Shown here piece after piece: positions 12,001 to 24,045 of a DNA stretch of 64,000 bases. This DNA comes from Raillietiella orientalis. Lineage: Eukaryota. The position numbers were made by a program, and so were the translations under genes. Position 1 is the first letter of the stretch; every line of letters starts with the position of its first letter. Below the pieces are notes generated by a model. It ran no database searches and was not told the origin of the DNA. It saw nothing but the letters and a program-made list of their open reading frames with translations. The DNA is taken from assembly GCA_036172245.1 (NCBI GenBank), contig JAYWIR010000018.1, forward strand, positions 186,001 through 250,000. Direction: 5' to 3'.

Positions 12001-12800
12001 TGCGCCACTTGCCCCGATACTGCCCTTCCTCAGGGAAGCAAGTGACAGTGCAACACTAGCAAAGTGAAAAGTGACCTTCTGCTTAGCAGGAAGGAAGAAA
12101 CCTTTTGGTGGGTAGTCAGCGCGCGAACTTACTTACTCTGCCACCCCGAGTAACCCACCTAAAGATCTGCTACGCTGATCGCAGCTCCTGGAAATTCCTC
12201 CAGGAGGTTTTGTGTTGCCGGCTACACTTAAGGACAGCTTTCCTCCCTCATGAAAGTGGCAGAGGTTGACGTTGCTGGTCTTACATGCAAAGAACGGGGT
12301 TTTTGCAGCAAGGTTTTCCATGCAAAGCACTCCTTCGCCATTGCACTTGGAGTAATGCGAACCCGCACTGTGCCAGGTGCGAGGAAAAAGAAACTCACCC
12401 GCATCTGCTTGCAGACTCCGTACCCTTTGGGACTGTTTTCCGACACCTCCTCGGATCCCTGTTAGCGATCCCAGAAACGTGATGAAACGCCTCTTTGCGC
12501 ATGATGCTCTGCCGCCAGTCGCGTGCTGAGGAGTTTTCTGCTGCCGGCGCGGGATAGTGGAGGCTTGGAACGCTACCAGAAGAGGTCATGACGACAGAAG
12601 TCCCATCCAATGGGCGAAATTCTTCAAGAAAGTCGCCACGAGATGAGCCCATCAAACAAAATAGAGGCCAACTTGCCAGTATCCCGCAGATGAAGTGGAC
12701 TTCGCGAGGCACACTGTGATGCCTTTCCGAATCTTCCAGACAAACAGTTCTGGGACCAATTTTTGGAGGTTATATTTCTCTAGTTTTTCCCCGTGCCCCG
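9030..12800 (+). mobile_element. Near full-length decayed L1/Tx1-like ORF2 (endonuclease-RT-zinc finger) with 3' UTR
   Basis: Motifs in order: TFQE (~9130), ADH (~9830), EIMSAIGQLK..ENGLPLNYY (~10510-10575), SKGGDLRNIGKWRPIAVVNVD (~10690-10750), AVDLRKAF (~10995), GLKVS (~11250), PCKALLRH..PHCARCEEKETHPHLL (~12320-12410). Many stops and frameshifts. Confidence 0.85.
9715..10381. repeat. Right arm of 667-bp near-perfect inverted repeat (partner 7327-7993)
   Basis: See left arm. Both end pairs sum to 17708, so there is no net indel. Spacer is 1721 bp. Confidence 0.97.
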
Positions 12801-12859
12801 TGCCCCCGCTTCAAACCCCAAGTGGCAAGCTCAATGGAACTGCAGAACGTGATAGAGCC

Positions 12860-14410
12860 AAGAATCCTACAAGATCGTCGGTTTATTCTTAAACGAACGT
12901 CCCCACATAAGCGAGTGGGAAACCTGCACTGGAGGCCGCGACTTCGAGTGTCCCACCCAAAGGACTGCCCCTTCGGGCAAAGCATCTAACATCCCCCAGG
13001 TGCGGGAGGATTTGACTAATTTAAGGGAAGCAAGGTGTCGTTATCCTCTTGGTACCTGTCCTTCTCTGCTAGCAAACGTAGGCTATGTCGTCGTGAAAGC
13101 GCAGAATTCTCGTAGAAGAGCTCAAAACTTTGCAGCAAGAAAACAAGAAAGGAAAGTTCATCGATAAGATGGCTGTGAAAGAGTGGCCGCACCAAAACCA
13201 CAAGGAATCTGGTCAAAGTGAAATTCGGCCCAGAACAAGCCTTCTATACGGTCACTCTCAAAGGCGACAAGTTGAGAAACCCATTTCATCGCAGTTGATA
13301 AGATTATTATTGGGTCCTCTGACGACGCCAGGAAAAAAAAACAGGATTCTGATTTGTGTGCCAAGAGATCATGACCTTGCTCTGAAATTCTATTCTTCAG
13401 AAAGTTGCAAAAAATTTTCTCATGAAGCTGGAAAGTTTCCTATCGCCTTTCATCAATTCTATCTGCATCGCCAACAGCAACAGGGATAATACGCTTCATA
13501 ATGCTGAAACGAAAGAAAGGAGGCAAAAACGACTGGAGCACTTCTTCAAAAAAGCATACTCTCTTACATTCGGACCAAAGCTTAAAGAGAAGAGGAAGCT
13601 GGAGGATATGGCCTCTGATACAATTGTGGTAATGCTCATATCTCTGTCAAAGAGTGAATTCTCCAATGCTCTTCTCATGAAACCCGATTCTGTATTTATT
13701 AAGAAGATGTGTAACATCGTCGACAAAGATGGAGATGGAAGAATTTCTTTCCAAGAATTCTTAGACAATGTCGTTTTGTTTTCTTGTGGAAAGACCGAAG
13801 ACATCCTTTGGATGGACTGCAATTGCCAGCGGTATTGATGAACAGCTCACCCTTCCCTGTAAGGTGGCAGAGACCGGCGTCGCTGATATTGCATTGTGGA
13901 TGCCAGGCAAAGCACGCTTGCTCCATTGGATCTGGAGGAGTGCAGATGCAAAATGGGCGGGGAAAGAGAAACTCTTCCGCACCTGCTCGTGGACTGTGCT
14001 GCCCTCCGGCTCCTGCCCTCCGGTTAATAGACCACTCTACGGATTCCACAAGGCCGCCCTAGCTGGGACATGATGAAAAGTCTCTTCGTGCTTGCTGCGC
14101 TGCAGACAGCACGTGCTTAGCAGTGGTTTGCAGTCTTCGTGGGATACTGGCTGCCTGGAAGAAGAGGTCAGAATGGGAGTGGCCACACACTTATTCTGGT
14201 TTTACGTCAGTTAGTTACGGGCAAGAATTCATGAGAATCACTACGATATGGCCTCACTCGGGTACTACCCGGTTAGAACTTGCCGGTATCTTGGAGAGGA
14301 TGCAGAGGACACCTCACAACGAATTGTGGTCGAACCCCTTCCAACGAACTTTTGAATATTCCTCTTTCTTATTGACATTAATTTTAATTCTTTCTGTCCT
14401 TTCCCCTTGT
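12860..14410 (+). mobile_element. Decayed 3' part of L1/Tx1-like LINE, interrupted by a Duox fragment
   Basis: 12915-12994 aligns by eye to the 52-kb copy just before IPTDDLKWPPVL. 13801 onward resumes at that point (PLDGLQLPAVL..VRWQ..LH, MKSLFV), followed by a T-rich 3' UTR. Confidence 0.7.
12995..13800 (+). pseudogene. Duox: Dual oxidase (Duox) internal fragment: end of peroxidase domain, TM1, linker and first EF-hand
   Basis: GFD*FKGS, VGYVVVKAQNSRRR, DKMAVKEWPHQNHK, VPRDHDL, AETKERRQKRLEHFF, KKMCNIVDKDGDGRISFQEFLDNVVLFSCGKTED match recalled arthropod-type Duox. It has stops and frameshifts, no introns and no flanking Duox exons. Confidence 0.9.
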
Positions 14411-14479
14411 TTCTGAGGCGGGATCCGCCTCAGCAACGAAGAAGACTGGTATCTCCGCAGTTTTCGTGTTCCCTTGACC

Positions 14480-15150
14480 ATCGCTTCTCGGGCTTTTGGC
14501 AAAGATCAAAGTGTTCCCTTGAACATGGTAGCACCGAGAGTCCTATCACCACCAACAAACGCCCCTGGGCAACCGGGTGAAAATCCTTTACTGTAGCTGC
14601 GAGTTTCTGGCTTTGGATGTGCAGCAAGCTGGCTGACACGGTGACCGCTAGACTTGGCACTTGGTCTGCCAGACAAGGAACGTTTCGCTTGCGCTTACGT
14701 TGTCTAGACTGAAGGGAAGCACCTTCTCTCCGCATTCCCATGTGGAAGAGGGAAGGGATGCCGTCCACAGGGAATCTTTTCCGGAAATCTCTAACAGAGA
14801 GTTTCGATTGGTCCTCAAGCTGTGGCATGGCGACACCTAGCAAAGAAGTCGCGATGTGTTTCGCTGCTTTCGGGGAATTCAGCCAATTGCTTGGTAGACG
14901 CCTCTAAAAGACTGGCTGAGGAGGCCCCCTTCCTGCGTGGTAGCACCGTTTACCCGAACAGGGCACGGTTTGAAAGTGCCGAACCCATCTGGAGACGATT
15001 GCCGACCTGCGAGCGCAAATAGTCGTCGAAAAAGACTCGATGCTGCTTTTCATCTCGAAAACTCCGACCAACAAGTTGCACGTGTACACAACTGCGCATA
15101 GTTCGTTGGCCAGATTGGACTGTTCATCCTTTTCACGTGGCATCAGAAAA
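14480..15150 (-). mobile_element. Decayed L1/Tx1-like RT N-terminal fragment
   Basis: KRFPVDGIPSLF resembles KxPGPDGIP. SASLLHIQSQKLA resembles ISLLNxDYKILA. Confidence 0.5.
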
Positions 15151-16399
15151 CGTTGAAATCCTCACGCCCACTTCGAACGTTTGCGCTCCGAAAAGAAACT
15201 TTCACCCTTTGTAAAGTGAGTTCCTATTTTGTTGTATCGAAGATGAAGTCTTTCTTTCCCGGTGCTCTACAAGTCGATTGTCCCACAGCATGGTTTGGCT
15301 AGGATGGAGGTCGAGTTTCACGAAACCTGGGTGGGAGCTGGAACAAATTCAAGGGTCAGGGACAGGCATTCTCTCGCTCTTTTGCCCTTTTTTTTGGATT
15401 TTTCTTGCATCCAACTCTGCAGTATATGCAAGGGGCGGTGATACAGAATCACTGGCGGAGGGAATCTATGAGTATGTGCTCTGAGGTAGCCAAAGGTACC
15501 ACAAAACCAAGTTTGGATACAGCGACCACTGTTGTTTTCCGTGACTTAATCAGATAAAGACGCAATGCCAGTCTTTAGAGGTGCCTCAGGCGAGAATATC
15601 GCGCCCTTAAAAGTCCTTCATTCCAGTTTGCAGTGACGATGAGACAGTTCGTGTGGAATCATATGTTGGAATTAACAGAGCATCCTGTATGGTAACGTGA
15701 TCCTGTGTCTCATCTTTCAATAGCGAATCCTGATCTTCTCGTGAGATTTCATTGTAGCTGTTCTCAGGGACCAGATATTATAGAATCACTCCAGGGAAAA
15801 CTCCTTTCAGTCTCATCCTAGGCATGTTCTCCCTTTGGAACTTATCCGAATGCACTGGGAGCGCTACAGCACACAATCTGGGGAGATCAGGCAACATTTC
15901 ACTTGGAAGAGGGGCAGATGATGGAATCCCAGTGAACGAATATCCACAATCTCATGAACATGTTGTTTGGAGAACTCTGACTTCTCAGGGCCATGGAACA
16001 GAATTACGGACTATTGTATAGTGTGGCTTTCGAGGACGCGGCATCAGTCTCAGATGGTGCCAAGTTTCTGTGCTACGAACGACGATATTTCTTCAGTTTA
16101 TGCTCACGTTGAAAATTCGCGGGGAAAAAGCTGCTTTCCTATTCTAAAATTTCAAGGGGGCGTAAAAACAGATGAATACAACCTTGAAGTTGCCTTGAAT
16201 ACAACTTCCCGGGCGCAAAGCACGGTGAGAATCCCCATTCTGCTTTGCTGCCTGGGGAGTTGCGGTACCTTCAAACATGAGAAGAAAAACCAAATATAAT
16301 ACGGATGCACCCCGCAAACAGCTGATAATTTTTTTTCCAGATTTAACATTTTCTATTACTCGCTATTTATTTAAAAATGTGTCCAGGATTCGGTCAGAG

Positions 16400-17230
16400 A
16401 CAAGGAATCGCACGCAAGTTCTTGATGGCGGATCCCGGCAGCTCACCGCAATCAGGTTCTTTTCTCAACAGGCGTTGAGCACGCAGTCTTGTAGTGCAGA
16501 AGGGTACATAAACAAAAAGCGGTGGCCACAGACAAGGTACAATAAAGCGATGGTCTATTCCGAAAATTGGATCGTCCCTCCAAGGAACAGGTTAAGAGAC
16601 ATCTCAGTGCCATTTCTGCCTTCTGAAGGATGGAAACTGTTCCGAAGCGTTCTGAAGAGTCCTTGACTCAAGAAGGACCGCGAGTTTTTCGGGAGACGCG
16701 CCAAACAGGGTCAGTTGCGAAAACAGTCAGAAGACGAGGGAAATAGGCGGTTGGACCACGGGCCAGTTCACAGATGCTGAGACCCCAAGTACTTCACCGA
16801 AGGGACTACTGTGCTGGGGTAAGCTGCTGGGAATCCTACAGGAAGACCTTGAGTGATCCCCAACCGTGAAGAACAACCGAACCCTCTTCCGGAATTGGCA
16901 GGAGTCGGCACTTCTGCTACTGCAATGGGGCCTCCCGTGCAACGCCCTCCGGTCCCACTGGACGTGGGAGGCTGTGAAACCAAACTGCTGCAGGTGCTAG
17001 GAACGGGAATCCCTCGCGCACCTACTTGTTGACTGTGTTGCCCTCCGGCCCCTGTGATTGCGTTACGCAACCGCCCTTGGTGCACAGTCTCAGGGACGTG
17101 ATGAAGCACCTCTTCGTGAGCGATGCCCTTTCACCTGGCGCATCCCTAGCAGTTCTTTGCTCCAATATGGAATTGTGGCGGTCGAATGGAATTCCTGCCA
17201 CCTTTCGAGATTTCATGCTTGGCAGTGGGA
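16400..17230 (+). mobile_element. Decayed L1/Tx1-like ORF2 C-terminus with zinc finger
   Basis: NWQESALLLLQWGLPCNALRSHW..PNCCRC*ERESLAHLLVDCVALRPL and DVMKHLFVSDAL closely parallel the 52-kb copy. Confidence 0.75.
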
Positions 17231-20200
17231 ATCCGGGAACACCCGAGCGAGCTTGACCAGCACCAGCCTGGAAGATATCGCACAGGCTCAACGGTTCAGC
17301 AGGATTTCTCAGCAGAAGCTCATCGAAGAGCAGACCAAGCAGGTCTAAACATGAGCGGCGTCTTTCCTGTGGAGGAACGACAGCTGCCAACCATCAAGGT
17401 GGAAGTCCTCCTGCACTATCGCAGGAATGGGAAAATTCCTGGGCGGATGCTTGTCGAAAGAGCTGGCCGAAGCGGCTACGCCCTGCATTTAAGCGAAGGG
17501 TCTGCGCAGAGAAGCCGAAATCCTTGAGTGGGACCCCGGAAGTACTGTCTTTTCCTTCCCCCTCCCCGAGCCCTGCGTTCCTTCAGGTGTCAACACGAAG
17601 TGGCGCACTGGGATCTCCCTCACAACGAGCGTCTGCACCGCGTCACGAGGGGGAGTCTCTATTCAGAGTGTGGCAGGTGCAAGACGGTCGAATAGCTCCC
17701 GCATCTCTTAATGAACTTCGCTTACCTATGGGAAGGCTTGATATGGGGTCACTGCATCCACAAGATACGCCATCTGAGATGCTGCATCTCTTCTCGCTAG
17801 AGTGACTCCAGTCTGCCGCCGTTATTGTGGCTTTGTGTTGCACCCGAGGCATAATAGATGCGCGCTACTTTCCTAGGAGTGCAGCAGGGGCAGCAACGGG
17901 AAGCCATTGCCGTGTCCTTAATGAAGAAGGCATGCAAGTGCCTCTCCCTTCTCCCTCCAAATCTTGAATTGGTGGTCAGCAGGGAGATCACCGCCATCTT
18001 ACACTTTAGAAAAGGAGCACGAATTCCGGCGCGCTCATCCCTATCCTCCATAATTCATTTATTTGTATGTCCTCTCGTCTCCATCCTCGTCCCCCGTTTT
18101 CATGTATTCCGGACAATTTCTTTAGATGACCTGCGAGTCAGCAAGAACTTGACTGAATGACTTTTTTTGAGAACCCAAATGACTTTTTTTTTTTCGATTC
18201 ACAAGGAACGAAGGTCTTTGTTACTGTAGTTTCTTTTTCAATTATCGAACGTCCCTGGAGCTAACCAGGTGAAGAGCCCACTTGAATTGTCAGGAAGTCT
18301 GAAGAACAAGAAAGTCACTCTTCCCACCATATACAATTCGATGGTCGTCCGTCTAAGTGTTGGCATCACCAAGACCCCGCAGGAGCCTCGAAGACGAGAC
18401 TGATACACGCGGGAAGGCGGGCGAACACGTAAGTTTCCCGGGATAACAGCTGGGTTGGCCCTTTCACGCGTGATCCACCCGGCCGCATGGGACTTCGGCG
18501 GCATGCGGAGACGCAGTCTCGAGGGCCTCTGCCCTCGTTCTTCCGCAGGGCGTGCACAAAGCATCCTTGCATCCCGCGAAAGAGCTCTCAGGAAGAACAT
18601 TCCAGGCAAGCTGCTCACGAGCAGCACGGACTCTAGGATTTTAAGGACGCAGTGGGGTTGCAGTCCCATTACGAGAACGTTTTGTCGCATTTTTTTTTAA
18701 TTTTTAACAAGAAACGCCTTGGCGTGACCAGATCAATCAGCCAGCGATGACATCTCTAAAAGAGGGTGAGCCCTCCTCACTGACTTCTCCTGGGGTTGAC
18801 CTTGACCCTCCTGCCCTCTCCTGCTTTTCCTACGGGACGGAGGCGCGCGGCATGCAGTCGCTGAAGGTCACTGGCTGCTTTGCGATCAGCTTCCGGGATC
18901 ACAGAGGAAGGAAGCCCATCCATGAAGGCTTTTGTGGATGCTTCAAGTTCGAAGCCAGAGTTGTAGGGGGTTGTATGTGCGCCAGGTGGGATTTGGGAAG
19001 ACAGAGGACTGGCGTTCGCAGACCGACAGCCGCTCTCTGGCTGGCGAGGAAGACTACAAAGGTCGATCTGGCGGGAGGAAGCAGAGGTGATCCCCTGCTC
19101 CTATTGAGCGGGACAGAAGTGGAGGGGGTGCTGGAGAGTACCTTTGGAAGGGAGCTCACCGGGAAGTCTCCCGAGATGCAGGCAAGAAGACTTCGTACCC
19201 TTGTCAAAAAAGCACAAGCAGGATGAAGATCAGGAAGAGAGGAGCATCGTTTCAATCTCACGATAGGGTTGTTCTGACGCTCGACGAGTCTCAGCGGAGT
19301 CCAGTCCCGGCGACTGCTTTTCCAAAATAAGTCCGAAAAACCAGGGGGTTCCCTGCTGGAAACCGAAAACGCGAATCTGCATCCCTAGGAGTAAACGAGC
19401 CCCTCCCTTGTGCTCAGGGAATGAAGGAGGAATCATTCTCCTCCCATAAGAAAGAAAAACCAAAAAACAAAAACAAATGTCACGAATTACGATGAACCTG
19501 GCAACAAGGCTCGTAGGCCTATGTCTCGACGATCACTTGGATTTCCACCATTTTGACTTTCGCGTGGACTTCGTCTCAGTGAGCGCACTGCATTTGAATG
19601 CAGGGATTTAGTACTGTTGCGTTTCTTTCTTCCACAAAGTTGCAGGTTTAGATGTATCTCTCCTTCTTCCTGAAGTCACTCGTTGTTACAGAGATGTCGT
19701 ATTCGGGTGAGGTAAGAAGTTTCATGCAATTGTCTAACGAGAAACTACAGATATTTTTGTTCTTTTTACTCGGAGAAAAAAAAATCGCCCTCGCATGAGA
19801 TTTACCGCCATACAGGCCTTCGTTTCGTTTACATTTACATACTAAAACGGATATTCGAGTTCGTCCATCCATTATCACACATAGCTGATTCTCATCAGCT
19901 TTACTCGGAATATTGTCTCCGAAAAGCCAGAAGCATTTACATATCGTTTTCTTTCTTCTAAGAAATGATCACGCGTGATCGCAATGAATTTCTTTGACCT
20001 TCATCAAGAACCATTGGATTCCCGAGAGTGTGAACAGGAAGAGCTATCCCAGATTTTGAAAACAAACCTGAAATGGCGTGGATTCCTTCATTTAGGACCG
20101 TGAAATGGGAAGAGGCAACAATCTTAAAAGAGATCAGCATTCTGTGAGTGAGACTTCGAATTATCATTAAATGGACAGACAGAAGAATCATTTGCTACAG

Positions 20201-21259
20201 AGCGAACACCGTGACAGACTTTGCATCATCAGTGCCTCCTCTTCCAGGGAGCGTTCGGGAACGAAACAAGAACTGGACCATTCCAAGAGGCAGAACATCG
20301 AACGCGAAATTTTCAAATAGCGTGGTGAAATCATCACAACCACCAACACCCCACTGATTTTGCCGCGTGCGCAAAAGAAGGGATTGGCGTTTATGAACGG
20401 AACCGCTGGAATTCTACAAGTTGTGTGGAACGGATGAATCGTGTTGTGTCGGCTGCGTCAAGCAACAGGAAGTGACGGAATTTTGAATGATCTGATCCGA
20501 TGACACAGCAGTTTTAACTTCCACACGAAGACGCTTTTTCATCCCTTTCCACGTGCGCAAGAAAAGCTAAACGAAGGGAGTGTCGGGCTGGATTTTGGGC
20601 AGGGACTCAACCGAGAGCTCTGGAATCGGTATAATGTGTGCCAGTTCCGATTTGCATTATTCCACTGTCTGTAGTCGATTCCTTTTGGGGAAACCAAGGA
20701 CAGCACATATTCGGACCGTTTAGGGGATTATTCTTTTAATCAAGCGTCAGTTATCTCTTGAGAGAATGCTAACTAGAAGGGGCAGTCCATTGATGAGAAA
20801 AAGATAGCTTCAGATGTGCTTTTTTATCAGTAGCATTTAACCATTTGCATCACTCACCGTTCTTTAATTTACTCAGTTTGCATTCAGATAATTCACTCAG
20901 CTGTTTTACGGTATCGCTGATCCAAGACCAGGAAACGCAGTTTTCCATCTTGGAGAATGATGTTCTAAAGGACAGGGAGATGATGGTAGCCTACCGCTTG
21001 TCTAAAGAATCCATTCATTCTTTTTTTTTCTTTCGCATGGTGACATTTTACCATTCGGAGGAAGAGATGCATGTATATATGCTGAAATAATTCATCCGTG
21101 TTTGAAAATTTTCGATTTTTCGTATTCTTTATGCGACTGGATTTCGAGTGTCGACACTTGGATAACGATACATTTACAAAGACACTAATTGCAAACTATT
21201 AATTAACCTGAATGCGATCTGCTTTGTGCGTACTTGAACTTCGAGGATTTACTTATGTA

Positions 21260-22190
21260 GTACTAAGAACTACATCCCTGCTGCTCTTTAAATAAACAGC
21301 TATGTTTCTCGTAGATAAACTGAGAGTTAAGGGAATTCGGAAAATTGGCGACTGGAAATAAAAGCGAGTTTGCAAGGCATCGAACTGCGATGTGGAAGGA
21401 ACTCAATAAGTTTCGTCTTCCCTTGTCCTTGTCCAAAACTCTGCAAAGAGCGGAAAGTTTGGTATAGAGACAGCCACTTGTGAGAGCTATTTTCGGATGC
21501 GCTTCTTTATTTATTTCCCTCTTGTTTGCACATTGCTTGAACCCATCCTCAAACAAAACATCTTCAACGCGCCTCCGTCCCTCTGCAAGAAACGTCTGGG
21601 ATTTGCCGTGGCTACGGCGACACGTCCTCAATACCTCTTCATCCTTTCCAAGATTTCGTCCACCAGTGGCATCTTCCTTGCTCCGAGTGGATTCCCATCC
21701 ATTTGGAGTCTTACCAAACTCCACAATAGGACCGTACGGTCCCCTGCAGTTTTGCAGTGTTTCCTGTTTCCAAACTGGTTTGAAATCTTTAACCTAATAC
21801 TCAAGACAACGACATCTTGCATGTCCACTCTAGACCAACTCACAATCAGCCCGTGCACCTATGGTGCCTTTACAAAGTAGCTAATTCCTTCTTGGAATGC
21901 ATATTTCTTCCATGTGGTAATCTAAAATCTAGCTTCATTCCACAGGGAGAGATGTATTGAAACTTTTGCTTAGAAAAATCGCAAGATGCCATTCCTTCGA
22001 TTGTAGTCTCCGAACACATTTGGAAAGTTTATGCTTATGTTTGCTCCTTAGCCACTAGGAACTCCATTTCAACTTTTGTCTAAGAAACATCGTTTCCTCA
22101 GGTCTGTTTGAGACCAAACTGCTGCAAAGGTCCTAAGAACTATGCACTAGTTTAGGGAAATTCTCTAAGGTAATGCAAAGATTCTTGCAG
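21260..22190 (-). mobile_element. Decayed LINE RT fragment
   Basis: VVVLSIRLKISNQFGNR and GCLYTKLSALCRVL resemble RT domains 2 and 4. Highly degenerate. Confidence 0.4.
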
Positions 22191-24045
22191 CACTTCGCTC
22201 ATTTTCGAAGAGCTTTGTATGACGTACGGATAGCGTGCAAAAGTGTAAAATAAATACTGCAGAAGTAAATTAAATTTCCGAATGAATAGTCGTTTGAACT
22301 TTGAGAGTTGGAAAAAAAAAAAAAAAGAGAGAGAGTGGTCCCTTCGAGCGATTTTTGTACTTGGAGCAAACTTCTAAATGAGTATTCTGACAAACTGTTC
22401 TCAGTAATGCAGCGGCAACTGTTGATGTTACACCGTCGCTGTCTGAAATGCATGTGAATTTGATTTTCCTCTCTAAACTTCGGAATCAAATAACACACTG
22501 AAGAATTTTCCAAAAGTAAATGTGTTAAACAGATGCGAAATGGTCACTATCTGGAAGAGAAAAGCTTGAAACTGCAATCTGAAAAGAATTAAAAGGTGCT
22601 CAATGCTGAGTTCTACTCACCAGAAACAAGTCCGAAATTGCAAGTGATTATGGGTTACAAGATGTTGACCACCGAAGCATCAAGAACAGAAGCTTCTAAG
22701 AGCATCTCTTCAGAATGAGAGTGACCAGAAATATGCTGGTGGGAAACAGAAGGATGCATCATCATTAAGTGCTTTTGTGACGAGAGTTCGATAAGTGGGT
22801 AGGCTTTTGGTCAAATGTTGGCGGCATACCAACGAAAGTGCTCACAGAATTACTCAGAAGGGCTGTTTGCAGTTTGGGGACAGATGCCTGCATTAATTGA
22901 GAAATCTCTCCCTTGACACACTGAAACTATCAACATTTATTCACAGCATCAGTTGAGGAGATGGAAAAGTAGACGGATGCCGCATAAACAGCAACAGCAA
23001 ACAGGAACAGCACGAGCATCAGATTTAAGTATTCAGAAGGGTAGCTTGACGTACCAACTGATCAAGAGACTCTCGTTATCACAGAAGATTCCCGTCTTTT
23101 GAATGCTCCTCGCAAGAGCTTTCAAGTGTTTCATTGGTCTGAGAGAAAGGAAAACTCGCTGCACCGATGTTTTCAAGCTAAGAGCACATTACTTATGTAG
23201 CTCAAGATTTTAGCTGCAAAATTTTGCTGCTTGTGACCACACATCGGGCGGCCTCCGTTCCCAAAACATCGAGTCGCTTTCCATATTTTATACAAGGAAT
23301 ACCTGACCACCTTTGAAGCATTCTAATATCGATATCTCGATGTGCTGTTTTAGAATGCAAGTGACTAAGCAAGCGTTTTTCTCAGTTCCGATCGCCATCT
23401 TGATCTTCCAAGACAGATATCGTTTTGAAACCTGATGTTGCGCTACTTCTAGTAATTTCGAAGCTTAGAAACTCCGAAACGCGCTCGTTCGGGGGTGCTG
23501 ACACACCCTTCTGGTAGGCGCACACGCAAGTGCTTGCATTATCTTTCACCTCAAATTCGTTTTGTCGGGAAGGTCACCATCTGTCTGCTGCTTGCCTTGA
23601 GGAATGCAAAACTCTAGATGTACGAATTCTCCATGTTGGAAGGAGTACATTATGCTGAAGATCGGAATTTTGTTTTTGAGGCTTACTTGACGCACGTGTG
23701 ATTATATCAAGAAGCTCGGACAATGCATTCCTGGCCATAATGAAGTCATTTTGTCCAGGAAGTATGAGAATAATTCCTTGGAAAGAAAACCATAACATTG
23801 CACTCTGTTCAAACTGTATTTTTAATTCAGTTAAAAGGGATGCGTTACTCGTTCAGTTGAAGAGACAAGAGTAGGTAAATCCTGACGAACTGTAGTCTTG
23901 AAAATTCTGATCAACATTACTACGACTGCATTTACGTCTTTTTTATGATGCAACTCTAGCATTCTTTGAGTTTTTTGGTACCCACTCTGATTCAAAGTAT
24001 TCGTAAAAGTGCTTTGTGTTAACAAGAATTTTTTTTTTTCTACAG

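Noticed and set aside
86..19463. Many 100-270 aa overlapping ORFs as novel genes
   Set aside because: Explained by GC-rich decayed LINE sequence and antisense frames.
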